A stretch of DNA of 64,000 nt. It comes from Pecten maximus. Its lineage: Eukaryota. Below the pieces are notes generated by a model. The model made no database searches and was not told where the DNA came from. It worked only from the letters and a program-made list of their open reading frames with translations. The stretch spans positions 23,684,001 to 23,748,000 of the forward strand of contig NC_047017.1 of assembly GCF_902652985.1 (NCBI RefSeq), read 5' to 3'. The position numbers and the translations under genes are program-made. Position 1 is the stretch's first letter, and every line of letters begins with the position of its first letter. Below, one piece after another: positions 62,499-64,000 of the stretch.

Positions 62499-62934
62499 TA
62501 GGGCTGGGTATTGCGGACCAAAACCGTATTGCAATATATTGCAATATTCAACAGAAACTTGCAATACGTATTGCAATATTATTGACCTTAGTACCATCAA
62601 CTTGCTCGTCGTCCGCCATTTTTCGTTTCTAGTAAACAATCATAATCTCGAAAGTGCTTGATTTTAACGTAGATGTCCCATACGGCCAAGCGCTTTAGAG
62701 ACAACGAAACAAGCGCCCCACCAATACGACATAATGACGTTCTCGTGTGTTTCTTTCACGTTTACATAAGTAATTTACGCTATTGGTGCCAACACATAAT
62801 GTTAAATCAGTGATTAATATGCCTTTTTGTTAACCATCGCGATATACCGGTTTCCAGGGTTTGTGTACCGGTATATCGTATCGACCTGCCAAATTCGCGG
62901 TATACCGGTATTTCGATATTATCGCGCACCTCTA
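62499..62934. mobile_element. hAT-type MITE with 8-bp TSD
   Basis: TSD TTTAACGA at 62491-62498 and 62935-62942; ends TAGGGCTG...CACCTCTA; subterminal TATTGCAATA and ATACCGGTAT repeats. Confidence 0.85.
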
Positions 62935-64000
62935 TTTAACGATACACATTTTGTTATTATCTTTAACACAGTTTACCTCAAATGGTCATGAAAACAGATT
63001 GACAACCATAATTAAAAGATACAGCAGGTTTTAATGAATACATATATCAATATATATACTGTTACTATTTTAGCATCAAAACTGTCTTCAAGTTTGAGTG
63101 ATTTTCACTGCAAACTTCTACAACTAATTGCTCCATAGGCAGGTGAGAAGTAAGAATTTTGGAACCCGTCATTCAAATTGTTGCTTTTAACATTAGCAGT
63201 TGTATGACATCAAATACCTGCTGGGTGACTTTTCTTATTGACAACACTGCCAGGACATGAGAAATATCTGAATAATGTGGTCAGGGCAATGTCCGTCTGG
63301 TCAGACAATCATTAGGACCAAAAGTTTAAACCCAGAGCTAAGGGGATTATAATGTCTAGATGTTGCTTCAGGCTATGAAGCTGGAAAATCTATGCAACCT
63401 GCTGGTAGTGCTGTACGTATACTAGCTAGGTATATACAGTAACACTGTTAGTGGGTTGTGTGTGTAGGTGGCTGTTTTCCCTAGTATTATGCCTAATTAA
63501 TAAAGTCTGTAGCTCAGTATGAACTCCTGAAAGTGTGCCATATTCCTTTGGATGAACATCAGAACTGTGTCATGTATACAAACATAGAGATTCCTACTGC
63601 TGGAGAGACCAGGGTGTAATTGATACAACCACAACAAGGCGATTACATAGCAGGCAATCATGTACAAAATCAAGAAACACTGTCCTAGCAAGGGTCTTAG
63701 CACACCCTAATGTGGGTGTATGTGTTTGTACCTGTAAATACATAAGTATAGCAAGATTAATTGGATAAAAAGGATTGCTGTGCATTAGTCGTTAATTTTA
63801 GCTTTTAATTGGAAATATTCCAAAATAGAAAGTATTAGATTTTGAAAATTTTATATAGTACTTAGTATTGATTTTAAATCATGTTATATCACTGAACTTA
63901 TTTCAGGTTAGTGTAGATATCTTACAGATTTTCCAAGGTAGAAAAATAGAAATTGTTTGTAGTTTAATTTATGCTAATTGGTACTGTAGGCTCTTTAAGA

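Overview
AT-rich, intron-rich animal genomic DNA, most likely a bivalve mollusc (inferred from its Helentron-type tandem-repeat elements and SINE types). Gene models were spliced by hand with frame-consistent junctions. Left to right: a probable last coding exon of an unidentified + strand gene ending ETDV* (618-686); a complete 15-exon BBS1 (- strand, 23063->11826, ~591 aa, one GC-AG intron); head-to-head with it, a complete 20-coding-exon MUS81 (+, 24227-42512, ~810 aa); a 6-exon CRT-like (chloroquine-resistance-transporter family) membrane transporter (+, 48209-51935); and exon 1 of adenylosuccinate synthetase (+, 59288-59479). Two features stand out. (1) An intact 3-exon DEDDh 3'-5' exonuclease gene of PML-C-terminal/Plex9/exuperantia type lies on the same strand inside the intron after MUS81 coding exon 5. 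Its first acceptor is phase-compatible with the MUS81 donor, so a MUS81-N-terminus/exonuclease chimera is possible. (2) Several tandem repeats are built from the genes' own exon boundaries: ~37 copies of a MUS81 acceptor, ~15 copies of a BBS1 donor, a duplicated BBS1 acceptor and a duplicated BBS1 stop codon. The result is arrays of decoy splice sites. The remainder is SINEs, MITEs (hAT with 5-bp and 8-bp TSDs, Tc1/mariner with a TA TSD), Helentron-like satellite carriers and minisatellites. Most ORFs in the supplied track are intronic or repeat artefacts.
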